Assembly: GCF_009914755.1 (NCBI RefSeq)
Contig: NC_060930.1
From: the human T2T-CHM13v2.0 reference genome, Homo sapiens
Reading direction: 5' to 3' (one strand)
DNA length: 64,000 bases
A model generated the notes under the pieces. The model was not told where the DNA came from and ran no database searches. It worked only from the letters and a program-made list of their open reading frames with translations. Position numbers and translations under genes: made by a program. Positions 1-16,234 of this stretch are shown piece by piece (position 1 is the first letter of the stretch; each line of letters begins with the position of its first letter).

Positions 1-643
<643 letters not shown>

Positions 644-974
644 TAGAACAATATGTTCCTTCCTTCTTTCCCCATGACCAAAGCATTCTGTGCAGGCTTT
701 TTATCATTTATAATATTAATATTGTAATTGTTTGCTTATTGCCTCTCCTCCCCAAGTCAAGTGAAGAATATGTGTCATTCATCTTTGCACCTCAAGCATG
801 CTGTGACAGGTACATAGTAGGCATTCAATAAATGTTTATTGAGCTAGACTCCCAGAAAACCATTTACTTTCCTTATGATAAAGATAGCAAATAAGACACA
901 GGCTGTTTCAGGATGTGCAAGAAAAAAATGTTGGAGCCCCCAATTCATATCACAGTTTATTGTACTTTAATGAC

Positions 975-1515
975 AAGATAGGCAGATTCTGACGTGGCTC
1001 CAATAATCTTTGCCGCCTGATATTCATGCTGGTGGGTTGGACCTAGTAACTTGTTCATAACAGAACATGGCAAAAATGATGGAATGTCGCCTCCTAGATT
1101 GTTAGAAAAGAAGGTGTGACCTCTATCTTATTGGCACTCCCTCTGTAACTTCTTGGCTTTGTGTACTTTGATGAAGGAAGGTGCTATGGAACTGTCTACA
1201 TGTCAAGGAACTAAGGTTGGTCTCCTGTCCACAGGGAGCTGGGAACTGAGGTTCTGAATCTAACAGCCCTTGAGGAACTAATCCTGCCAATCACCACATG
1301 AGTGAACTTGGAAGTGGATCCTTCCCCAGAAAAGTCTTGCGATTACTCCAGGCCCAGTGGATACCTTGACTGCGGTCTGTGAGAAATCCTGAGGTAGAGA
1401 ACCCTGCTAAGGCAAACAATGCCCCAATTCCTCATCTGCAGAAACTTTGAGGCAAAAAATGTTGTTCCAAACCACTAGATTTTGGAATAATCTGTAATGT
1501 AGGGATAGTTAATAC
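975..1515 (+). mobile_element. MLT1 (MaLR) solo LTR, MLT1E/F-like
   Basis: MLT1-type blocks: gaggaactaatcctgccaatcaccacatgagtgaacttggaagtggatc, gataccttgactgc, ccactagattttggaataatctgtaat. Confidence 0.65.
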
Positions 1516-2689
1516 TTTTTACAACAGAATCAGACACAGACTAATTGAAATAAAGTTTATTTACTTTGCTTATCAAAACAATCAAGGTATGCCTAGTGTT
1601 TGATAACTATGTCAATATACCGGTCACAAGAATTTACCTTTCCCAAAATGGTTTTCTCATATCATGAAAAACATATACACATATGGGTATAGGTTGCCCA
1701 ATTTCAAAAAGAAGAGGTCAAGGCAAGCGACTTTGAAAACAAATTAAGCTGCTGCTTCACTGATTAGGGAACTTACTGGTAAGGAACCCTCATTCCTCAA
1801 CCCACGTCCCCCAGATATCAGTAAACATTTTCTCAACTCGGGGGTAGTCAAGTGCCTCAATTTCTCACTTCATTTATTATTTTGAATTAAGGTATTGCAG
1901 CTTACTATAACACAAACCAAAACACAGACATTATATGGGGAGGATAACGCATTGAACTTTCGTTCACTAATGAGTAGACCCAATTAGTTTATTAGATCAG
2001 CCAAGCAAGGAGAAACTAGACTGTGAAAGTCTGAAAGCCCAGAAAATTGTGTTGTGGTTAAGAAAAATTCACACGGAGTAGGGATAAAGGGGGGGCACAG
2101 TGGATGCATAGAACAGGCATAAAAAGACAGAATTACTTTTCAGAAAACATTCATTCATGAATGAATTCACTTGTTAAATTATCCTCCGCACATAGCAAGA
2201 AATCTAGAAGTCAGTGGATGCTGAGTACATATTTACTGACTATTCTTTGGGAACTTGGTATGTGCTAGGAATTGGGGTGATAAAACTTTTTACCAATATA
2301 TGGCAAAAAGCGATGTGCCTTAGGAAGTGCAAAAAAAGTGCTGTGGGAATCCACATGTCAAAGAGGATGAGGAAAGGGCATTGTAGCAGTAGGGCCTTTG
2401 CAAAGGCTGTATACCCTCTTCTTAAAACTGCTCACCTCTCCTCTTCCCAGGTCTCAATTGAGAAGTCATCGTTTTAAAACGACAGGTCTTTCCCATACCT
2501 GGCTAAAATCAGTTTCTCCTCTACTTCCTCTTCCTCAGCCACTACTTTACTTTGTCCACAGCACTTAGCACAATCTGTAGTTGTTCTGTTTACTCATTTT
2601 TACCTCCTACCTTCCCTATTACACTTCAGGATGGCAGAAACAAGTCTACCTTGTTACTGGGGTGTGCCGGGCATAAAGTGTGCGCACAC

Positions 2690-2851
2690 TTTTTTTTCTT
2701 CCTGTTTTTCGAGATAGGGTCTCGCTCTGTCGCCCAGGCTGGAGCGCAGTGGCGCGATCGCCGCTCACTGCAGCCTCGAAGTCCTGGGCTCAAGCGATTC
2801 TCCTCCTTGGCCTCCCAAAGCGCTGGAATCAGGGGTGTGAGCCACCTGGCC
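2690..2851 (-). mobile_element. Single-arm Alu (right-arm/left-arm hybrid monomer), CpG-rich
   Basis: gggtctcgctctgtcgcccaggctggagcgcagtggcgcgatc runs directly into ggcctcccaaagcgctgg...gagccacctggcc. Confidence 0.8.
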
Positions 2852-2939
2852 TGAGTGACTGAATCTAAAATATGGAGTCAAAAAGGGGTATTGGTGTAGG
2901 GACAGAAAAAAACTGGGTGTCCAGACATGAATTCCAATC

Positions 2940-3790
2940 AAAGGAGCCGGGCCTTCTTGGCACATCGCGCTCCGAGAACCCGGGAGGGATCCAGAGAGGC
3001 GGGGACGCCCTTTGTCACCGGCCTGAGGGGCGGGCGTGGCTTCCCTTTGCAACCCCTTCCCCCAGTCTTGACCGCAGGCCCTTGAGGGCCACCATCACTT
3101 CTGGGTTCCCGGAACGCGGTGGGCACACTCGCGCCAGGCGCGGGTACCAGGGCCTGCCTGGGGCCCCCTCCTCCACTCGCGCGGCGTGGACACCGTTAAC
3201 TGCCTGTGGCTCAGGGCGGTGCCGCCGCCACCCCCGCGGCACTCGGCTCCTCTCGCCAGCCCTGCGCCACTCGGCTCCTTTCGCCCGCCCCGCGCCCTCG
3301 GCGGGCCCGCCCCGCTCCCCCGCGGCGGTCACCCCATTCATTCCGCGGCTGCACCCACCAATCACCGCTCACCAACAGCGCCGCATCTGGCGATGGGGCG
3401 GGGCCTCGCGAGGAGCACGCTCGCGCCCTCCCCGCCTTGAGCTCGCTCCCGGGCCGGGTAATTCCCGGGCAATGACCAGACCTCGTCCCCGCGCTGACCC
3501 TTCCTGGGGACATCGGGTGGGGGTGGAGGAGGCGCTGAGCTAGGGAGAGGAGGGTTGTGCGGCCCGGACCACGCAACCTTGGGATCGGAGGGTGGTTGAG
3601 GCCTTGAGGGAAGAATGGAAGGCGGCCTTGACTTCTGGTGCTTCCACGCCCTTCAGATCCAGAGCCCAGAGCGTCCAGGCTGGAGTTTAGGACGTTCATC
3701 AGAGTCCCGAGACGCGCGAGTGGGTGGAACCGCGTGGGGCGGGAGAAGAGGGGGAGATTAGGCAGCAAGAAAATGGTCCCCGTGGGCAGT
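2940..3790. promoter_or_regulatory. CpG-island promoter (gene unidentified; possibly bidirectional)
   Basis: Very GC/CpG-dense non-repeat block; CCAAT box ccaatca 3358-3364, GC box ggggcgggg 3395-3403, further cccgccc boxes, double MYB motif 3192-3203; no TATA. Confidence 0.85.
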
Positions 3791-4154
3791 TCAGCCTAAA
3801 CCTGGAGCTGGGGAAGGGCCTCTGGAGAGAAGCCTTAAATCGTTACTCATCTTTCACAGTCTTTTATAATCGTGAATGAGCCCTCCGTTGTAGACTGTTA
3901 ATGCGTGTCCAGGATGCCCGAGAGTGGGGGTAAAACAATAAAAGACTCCTCCTGTTGTGATTAAAATTATATTTGCTTTTTGTATCCTCCTAAGTTCCAT
4001 GATATTGAAAATGTGTCTTGTTATATTTCATAAATGAGCTTTTAAAAAACTTCTGAGATATCTTCCAAAAAGTATCACTCACCAGGGAAGAAAAGAAGAG
4101 GAAACCTAGTGGCTTTTCTGTTGACGCCAAAGGTTACTCCCTCTGCCTCACCAT

Positions 4155-4210
4155 AAAAAAAAAAAAAAAAAAAAAAAAAACAAACCCCAAAAAAACAAAA
4201 AACAAGAAAA
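4155..4210. repeat. Poly(A)/A-rich tract
   Basis: Long A run followed by (A)nC units. Confidence 0.9.
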
Positions 4211-4289
4211 AGCACAGAAAGCAGTTTGGCTTGCTTGTAAAGTCTTGGTAGATATTTCTGCTTATCATTTAATCCTTTTAACAAGTCTG

Positions 4290-4385
4290 TAGGAATAGAT
4301 GGGTATTACCACCAGTTGTAGATGTTGAAACAGGCTGAGATTCATCTGGCCAAGGTCATACATAGTTTGTAAGTGACAAAGTGTG
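4290..4385 (+). mobile_element. MIR fragment
   Basis: gttgtagatgttgaaacaggctgag...ggccaaggtcatacatag resembles the MIR core. Confidence 0.55.
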
Positions 4386-4389
4386 GGCC

Positions 4390-5248
<859 letters not shown>

Positions 5249-6019
5249 GGCCCTTTCCATACTTCTCTCCCTTACATCATGAAATTTCAATCCACAATAA
5301 ATGGAAGGTGAAAAGGAATCTGATGATTTTGGAGTCCTTAGCTAAAAACTGCATCTAGCCGAGTACTAGCACCTCTTGGAGATGAGTTGTGTTTTTTGAG
5401 AACTCTGTTAAGTACATAGTTTTCATGCCAGTATTATGAAAGGTAGAAGGAGAGTTCCTTGAGATTCTGAAGTGCCAGGTCACGTGAGTTGATGACTTTT
5501 GTAACCCTGGGCTGACCTGAAACAAAACAAGACCTCTTTCGGTTGCTAGGTATTGCCTGCAAGGATGCTGGAGGGCTGCCCAGGTCTTGTTCAGGGACTT
5601 CAGTCTTTGTGGCAAGCAGAGTACAGAGCCGTTGGATTAAAGACTGAGTTAATTAGGTCACAGGATGCTCTTTGATGGGGGGAAAGCAGCAAACTATGAT
5701 GGGACTTTTAGCGCAATCTGGTTTAACAGATTAGCCAAGTGTATCTGCTCCATGCTGTAGGCACACAACAATGACTGAGAAATCTTTTCTGCCCACAGGA
5801 AAAGGTTACAGTTGGGGTAGGGTGCATCAGTGAGTCAAGTCTATGAATAACTAGTAAAGGAAGGCAGCACATAAAGTAACAATGCAAGTAAATACAAAGC
5901 AAGAATTATGGTGTATGCAATGAGTTTTGGCAGAGCAATTGAGGTCAAAATTAAAAGCAAAGAAAGGAGATCCCTTTAGGTTGCAAGTTGAGAATTTAGA
6001 ACTTTTCTGCATCAAGCTG

Positions 6020-6337
6020 CCAGAGTGGCCTTTAAAAAGAAATGCCAATCCCAAATCCTTAAACAACCTTTAATAGCTTTCCCATTGCACTTGGTACAAA
6101 ATCCCAAATCATCGCTATGGCCGAAAGACCTGCCTGAGGTGGGTCCTTGCTTACCTGCCCAGCCTCACTGGCACCACTCTCTACACTTGCACCATACTGT
6201 TCCTCTCTGTGAGTTTCTCTCATCTAGGCCTTTTACGCGTGCTGTTCCCTCTGCCCACTTTACCACCCTGCCCCACTTTTGTACCCCTTTATCCAGTTCA
6301 TCTGTCCCTCCCATCTTGCCTTCAAATTACTTCCTCT
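6020..6337 (+). mobile_element. L2 fragment (resumes at about 7879-8210 after the LTR12)
   Basis: gctttcccattgcacttgg, gctgttccctctgcc; later gcacaatgcttggcatatgg...ataaatacttg. Confidence 0.55.
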
Positions 6338-7878
6338 TGTGTCCGCAATTGGTGGGTTCTTGGTCTCCCTGACTTCAAGAATGAAGCCGCGGACCCTCAA
6401 GGTGAGTGTTAGAGTTCTTAAAGATGCCGTGTCTGGAGTTTGTGCCTTCAGATGTTCAGATGCATCTGGAGTTTCTTCCTTCTGGTGGGTTCGTGGTCTC
6501 GCTGACTTCAGGAGTGAAGCTGCAGACCTTCCCAGTGAGTGTTACAGCTCTTAAAGGCCTCACGTCCGGAGTTGTTCGTCCCATCTGGTGGGTTCGTGTT
6601 CTCGCTGGCTTCAGGAGTGAAGCTGCAGACCTTCGCGGTAAGTGTTACCGCTCATAAAGGCTGCTCAGACCCAAAGACTGAGCAGCTCCAAGATGTATCC
6701 CGAAGAGCGAAAGAACAAAGCTTCCACAGCCTGGAAGGGGACCTATCTGACCCCACACACATCTTGCTGATTGGTCCATTTTACAGAGAGCTGATTGGCC
6801 CATTTTGACAGGGTGCTGATTGGTGCATTTAGGAACCTTGAGCTAGACACAGAAGTTCTCCAAGTCCCCATTAGATTAGCTAGACACAGAGCACTGATTA
6901 GTGCATTTACAAACCTAATTTAGCAAGACATAGAGTGCTGATTGGTGCGCTTACAATCCCTGAGCTAGACACAGAGTGCTGATTGGTGCATTTGCAATTC
7001 TCTAGCTAGACATAAAAGTTCTCCAAGTCCCCACCAGATTAGCTAGATACAGAGTGCTGATTGGTGCATTTACAATCCTCTAGCTAGACATAAAAGTTCT
7101 CCAAGTCCCCACCAGATTAGCTAGACACAGAGTGCTGATTGGTGCATCCACAAACCCCGGAACTAGACACAGAGTGCTGACTGGCACATACAGAATCCTC
7201 CAGCTAGACATAAAAGTTCTCCAAGTCTCTACCCGACTCAGGAACCCAGCTGGCTTCCCCAGTGGATCCTGTGCCAGGGCCACGGGCAGAGCTGCCTGCC
7301 GGTCCTTTGCGGGGCGCCTGCACTCCTCAGCCCTTGGGCGGTCGATGGGACCGGGTACCACGGAGCAAGGGGCAGCGCTCATCAGGGAGGCTAAGGCCCA
7401 GTGGGAGCCCACCAGGCGGGCGGGGGGGCGTGGCTCCGCCATGGCGGGCTGCAGGTCCCCAACCCTGCCCCATGGGGAGGTGGCTGAGGCCTGGTGAGAA
7501 TTCGAGCGTGGTGCCGGCGGGCCGGCAGTGCTGGGGGACCTGGTGCCCCCACCGCAGCTGCTGGCCAGGGTGCTAAGCCCCTCACTGCCAGGGCCTGCCG
7601 TGGCCGGCAGCTCCCAGTGTGGGGCGCACCCAGCCTGCGCCCACTGGGAACTCGCACTGGCCTGCGAGCGCTGTGCGCAGCCCTGGTTCCCGCCTGTGCC
7701 TCTCCCTCCACACCTCCCGGCAAGCAGAGGGAGTCAGCTCCGGCCTTGGCCGGCCTAGAGAGGGGCTCCCACAGTGCAGTGGCAGGCTGAAGGGCTCCTC
7801 AAGCATGGCCAGTGCTGACGCCAAGGCCGAGGAGGTGCTGAGAGCAAGCAAGGGCTGCTAGCACGTTGTCACCTTTCA
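6338..7878 (-). mobile_element. LTR12 (ERV9) solo LTR, LTR12C-like, with core-promoter deletion
   Basis: Minus strand begins TGAAAGGTGACAACGTGC; tandem U3 repeats with CTGATTGG; U5 repeats ggagtgaagctgcagacctt; 4-bp TSD ctct at 6334-6337 and 7879-7882. Confidence 0.93.
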
Positions 7879-8318
7879 CTCTGAGAAGCTTCCCTTGGAA
7901 ATAAGGTCCACTATCATCAGATTCTTTACTTTGTTCCCCATGTACTTATCGAAATTTTTAAGATACTGTTATTTGCGTGATTGTTGATTACCTCTTTAAA
8001 TCCACCTGTTCCATAATGACACTCTTTCGCCATAGGGCATATAACAATTTGTAATATATATTTATTTATACAGTTGTCTGTGTTTATGTCTGCTGGCCCC
8101 ACCTGTTTTTAGGCTCTATGCAGACATCATTTCATTTCCCATTATATCCAATGTTTAGCACAATGCTTGGCATATGGTCAATGCTTGATAAATACTTGTC
8201 AAATTAATGTTCCAGATCAGTCGGTCTAAGACACATGCTGAGGAATAGTGGGAAACAGGCTGGGTAAAGTAGGATGGAGTCAGATTGTGAGGGGCCAGAA
8301 GCTTTTCTCTTTTCCATT

Positions 8319-8475
8319 CTTTTGGGTTTTTTTTTGTTTGTTTGTTTGTTTTTGTAGGTATGGGGTCTCACCATGTTGCGTAGGCTAATCTCAAACTTCT
8401 TTCGGGCTCAAAATGTCCTCCTGCCTCAGCCTCTCAAAGGGCTGGGATTACAGGCGTAAGCCACTGCACCTGGCT
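8319..8475 (-). mobile_element. FLAM/Alu left monomer
   Basis: T-rich tail plus left-arm sequence only. Confidence 0.8.
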
Positions 8476-10535
8476 CAGAGGATTTTCTACCCAATTGGTT
8501 AGACCTGTGCTGTACATACAGAAGCCACTGGCCCCACATGCAGCTATTGAGCACTTGAAATGTAGCTAAGGACTGAGGAATGGAATTTTACATTTTATTT
8601 AATTTTAATTAATTTACATGTTCTAACTTGGGTATGTGAATCTACTTTTTCAACTATAATTTTATGAAATCTAACTACAGATCAAGTGTTTCTGGTGAAA
8701 ATTTAGTGTCTGAATTGAGAAGTACTACAAATACACTGAAATTTGAGACCTTAGAAAAAAATGTAAAACATCTTGTAATTGTTTCCTTTAATTATATGTT
8801 GACATGGTAATAGTTTTGATATATTTGGTTAAGTACAATATATTTTTAGATTAATTTTACTTATTCTAGGTGTATACCCAAAAGAATAGAAAGCAGGGAC
8901 TCAAACAAATACTGGTACAGTAATGTTCATAGTAGCATTTTTGATAATATCCCAAAGGTGGTAATACTCAAATGTCCATTAATAGCTGAACAGATGTATT
9001 AGTCCATTTTCACACTGCTATAAAGAACTGCCTGAGACAGGGTAATCTGTAAAGGAAACAGGTTTAATTAACTCACAGTTCTGCATGGCTGGGGAGGCCT
9101 CAGGATACTTACAATCATGGCAGAAGGCAAAGAAGAAGCAAGCCACGTCTCACATGGCAGCAAGAGAGAGAGAGAGAGAGAGCAAAGGAGGGGAAGTGCC
9201 ACACTTTAAAATCATCATATCTCATAAGAACTCACTATTGTGAGAACAGCATGGGAGAAACTGCCCCCATGGTACAATCACCTTCCATCAGGTCCCTCCC
9301 TTGACATATGGGGACTACAATTTGAGATGAGATTTGAGTGGAGACACAGAGCCAAACCATGTTATTCCATCCCTGGAATAACATCCCCTCCCAAATGTTA
9401 TGTACTTTTCACATTTCAAAACCAATTATACCTTCCCAACAGCCCCTCAAAGTCTTAACTCATTCCAGCATTAACTCAAAAGTCCAAGTCCAAAGTCTCA
9501 TCTGAGACAAGACAAGTGCCTTCTGCTTATGAGCCTGTGAAATTAAAAGCAAGTTAGTTACTTCCAAGATACAATAGGGGGTACACGCATTGGGTAAATG
9601 TTCCCATTCCAAATGGGAAAAAATTGGCAAAAACGAAGGGGCCACAGGCCCCATACAAGTCTGAAACCCAGCAGGACATTCATTAAATCTTAAAGTTCCA
9701 AAATAATCTCTTTTGACTCCATGACTTAGATCCAGGGCATGCTGATGCAAGGGGTGGGCACCCAAGGCCTTGGGCAACTCCACTCCTGTGGCTTTGCAGG
9801 GTACAGCCCTCCTTCTGACTGCTCTTACAGGCTGGCATTGAGTGCCTGTGGCTTTTCCAAGCACACGGTGCAGGCTACTGGTGGATCTACCATTCTGGAT
9901 TCTGGAAGGTGGTGGCCCTTTTCTTACAGCTCCACTAGGCAGTTCCCCAGTGGAAATGGCGTGTGAGGTCTCCAACCCCACATTTCCTTTCTGCATTACC
10001 CTAGTAGAGGTTCTCCATGAGGGCTCTGCCCCTGCAACAGACTTCCACCTAGACATCCAGGCATTTCCATACATCCCCTGAAATCTAGGCGGAGGCCTCT
10101 AAAGCTCAATTCTTATCTTCTGCATGCCAGCAGACCCACCCAACTTCATGTGGAAGCTGCCAAGTCTTGGGACTTGCACCCTCTGAAGCAATGGCCCAAG
10201 CTGTACCTTGGCCCCTTGTAGCGATGGCTAGAGCTGGAGTAGCTGGGATGCAGAGCACCAAGTCCTGAGGCTGTACAGGGTGCGGAGTCCTGGGCTTGGC
10301 CCATGAAACCATTTTTCCGTCCTAGGCCTCTGGGCCTGTGATGGGAGGGGCTGCTGCAAAGATCTCTGACATGCCCTGGACACATTTTCCACATTGTCTT
10401 AGCTATTCATATTCAGCTCCTTGTTACTTATGCAAATTCTGTAGCTTGTTTGAATTTCTCCCCAGAAAATGGGTTTTTGTTTTCTACTGCATGGTAAGGC
10501 TGCAAATTTCCAAACTTTTATGCTCTGCTTCCCTC

Positions 10536-10846
<311 letters not shown>

Positions 10847-11130
10847 TAAACAGAAGTTTCAGTTTCAGACAATCTCTTTGTGAATGTGTATGACTGAATG
10901 CTTTCAGAATCAGCCAGGTCACCTCTTGAATGCTTTGCTTAAAAATTTCTCCTGCCAGATACCCTAAATCATCTCTCTCAAGTTTAAAGTTCCACAGATC
11001 TCTAGGGCAGGAGCAAAATGCTACCAGTCTCTTCACTAAAGCATAGCAAGAGTGATCTTTACTCTAATTCCCAATCAGTTCCTAATCTCTATCTGAGACC
11101 ACCTCAGCCTGGACTTCATTGTCCATATGA

Positions 11131-11641
<511 letters not shown>

Positions 11642-12520
11642 TGTATTAGTCTATTTTCATACTGCTATAAAGAACTGCCTGAGACTGGGTAATTTATAAA
11701 GGAAAGAGGCTTAATTGACTCATAGTTCTGTATGGCTGGGGAGCCCTCAGGAAACTTAAAATCATGGCAAAAGGTGAATAGGAAGCAAGGCACATCTTAC
11801 ATGGCAGCAGGAGTGAGAGAGAGAGAGAGTAAAGGGGGGACGTGCCACACTTTTAAACCATCAGATCTCATGAGAACTTACTCACTATCACAAGAAAGGC
11901 ATGGGGGGAACCACCCCCATGATCCAGTCACCTCCTACTAGGTCCCTCCCTTGACACGTGGGGATTCGAGATGAGATTTGGGTAGCGACACAGAGCCAAA
12001 CCATATCAGTGGATAAACAAAATGGGTGAATATACAATGGAATATTATTCAGCCTTAAAAAGGAATGCAATTCTGACACATGCTGCAACATGATGAACCT
12101 TGAAAACATTGTTAAGTGAAATAAGCCAGATGCTAAAGATCACATATTGTGATTCCACTTACATGAAAAACCTAGATAAGCAAATTTATAGAACCAGAAA
12201 GTATAGTGGTTACCAGGGGCTGGAGGGAGGAGGGAATGGGTAGTTATTTTTTAATGAGTATAGAATTTCTGTTAGGATGATGATAAAGTTCTGGAAATGA
12301 ATAGTGGTGACAGTTGCATAACATTGTGAATGTAGTTAGTCCACTGAATTATACACTTTAAAATGGTTAAAATGGTAAATTTTATGTTATATACATTTTA
12401 CCACAATGAACAAATTTTTTAATTAGTTTATTTCTTTTTATTTTTAGAAACTATAGCCACTGCCAAGGTACAGCTTGGGCCATTGCTTCAGAGGGTGCAA
12501 AATTTAAATTACATATGTGG

Positions 12521-13567
<1,047 letters not shown>

Positions 13568-13599
13568 TGATGAAGTTTTTCACTAATGTCTGTGGCACC

Positions 13600-13691
13600 A
13601 GGAGGGCAAGAAGGCAGAAGATAATTCTTGTAAGGAGGGCAAGAAGGCAGAAGATAATTCTTGTAAGGAGGGCAAGAAGGCAGAAGATAAT
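13600..13691. repeat. Perfect 33-bp tandem repeat, 2.8 copies
   Basis: aggagggcaagaaggcagaagataattcttgta at 13600, 13633 and a partial copy at 13666. Confidence 0.97.
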
Positions 13692-14841
13692 GATAAACCC
13701 AAGAATTTAGGATTTGGTAAAATATGTCATGTATAAAAACGAACATGTGGAAAAACCTGGTGGGAAGGGGAAACACAGTAGGATTTCATCTGGGAAGGAC
13801 TTTCCTTGTAGCTGTAATTAAAACCTTCTAGAGATAATGTTTTCTCTGCTGTAATGGGGTAACTTGGCAATAAGCCCAGTGCGATGTCCCTTATTTGTTG
13901 TGGGATCAAATGCGTTAATATGTATGAAAGGGCTCTTTAATCTGAGCTGAGAGGAAGAGATAAGGTGTCAGATAAGGTTAATCACAAGTACGAGATTTCT
14001 TCAGTTGTTTTCATAGTGATTCGTCCTGTCTGCTCTGGATTTTGCAGAGACACCTTAGCTTTTGGGGGATTTTCTGCCAGTGACATATTTTCTACTTTAT
14101 ATAAAACTGTTTGAAGGATTATCCATTATGACTGCATGTTACCTCAACTCCTCCAAAACTGCACCATCAACTATGTTAAGAATGTTGCCCTTGGAGAATG
14201 ATTATCTTTGCATGTTCAACATTGACCTGCTATTTGTGAGATTTTCAACCACCCAGAAGCCAGGCAAGTACTGACCCAAACTCACAAATGTGCTCTGGGT
14301 CCAGGGACCGGCTGTGGGAGAAGGTGGACGGACAATGATTAGACACAAATTTGATTGTTCAACTTAGTCTGATGCTCAGGGAAGCCAGTGTGATACATGA
14401 CCCAGGACTGTTATAGGGCTGATCTTGTGGGTTCTCAGAGGTTTGAACCACATTGGACCCTTGGCCCTGGCCCCTAAACATCCTTACAATCCTCCACACA
14501 GTTGAGGAAACAGTCCAGCTCTTCAGGCCTGCCCAGATTAAGGATGGCTTATGGTCAGAATGACTTATGCCTCTTCAGAATTAAAATTTCACTTGAGTGG
14601 GCTGAAACTGGCTCTTACTCTGGGAGTATCAGGGAAAAAAGTTTGCTGGAGAAAAATGATAATATAAGTTTAATACTCTACAAAATAATGCTGGGGTGTT
14701 CTCCACCTAAATGAAATTAAGAGCATAGGAAGTGCTGAAAAGTTTGCACCAAATAAGTTTTTATTTATCTTGATTGGTCTATCATTTATCTATTTAGATA
14801 TTTACATTTATTACTGGTTTTGATTAATTTAGTGTAGCTTA

Positions 14842-15243
<402 letters not shown>

Positions 15244-15711
15244 TTATAGCATTGCTGCTGGTCTGGGATGAGGGATGTATATTTTTAAAACCATCTAAAT
15301 TCCTACATCCTATCCCTGGATAGTTCAGTAGTGTCTCTGATGAGACTTTCTCTGTAGCTTCCACCGTGATGGCCTGATCATGGCGAGGACTTTGCATTAT
15401 GTTCCTAGATATCACAGGTAATGGAGTTACTAGAGTAAATTATTCCTTTTTATTAGACTGAGAAGAAAGCGATTTCTGTGCTCCACTATATCTAAGGCAT
15501 TCTGTGGCTATGTTTTTTCTTGACAAAGTAGGAATTAGAGATGGTTATCTACAAAAAAGGAGAAGGTCCATTTTGGCCTGAGTCTCTTAAGTAACCATTG
15601 GTTTAACTTAACCTGGTAATGATTCTAGCATCTGCCATCCTCTTCAATGAGAAATATGAGCATTACACAGTTTCCCAGGGAAATGAATGAGGCGTGGGGA
15701 AGAGGTGCTCA

Positions 15712-16234
<523 letters not shown>

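Noticed and set aside
3100-3300. Naming the host gene or a minus-strand first exon
   Set aside because: Only a weak donor (ctg|gtaccc) and no recognisable coding exon; identity cannot be supported.
2872-3768. 223-aa and 185-aa ORFs over the CpG island
   Set aside because: Stop-poor GC-rich DNA giving low-complexity Pro/Arg/Ala/Gly peptides with no recognisable domain.
6760-7225. Regularly spaced repeats resembling a CRISPR array
   Set aside because: These are the ERV9/LTR12 U3 tandem enhancer repeats; no unique spacers, and the context is eukaryotic.
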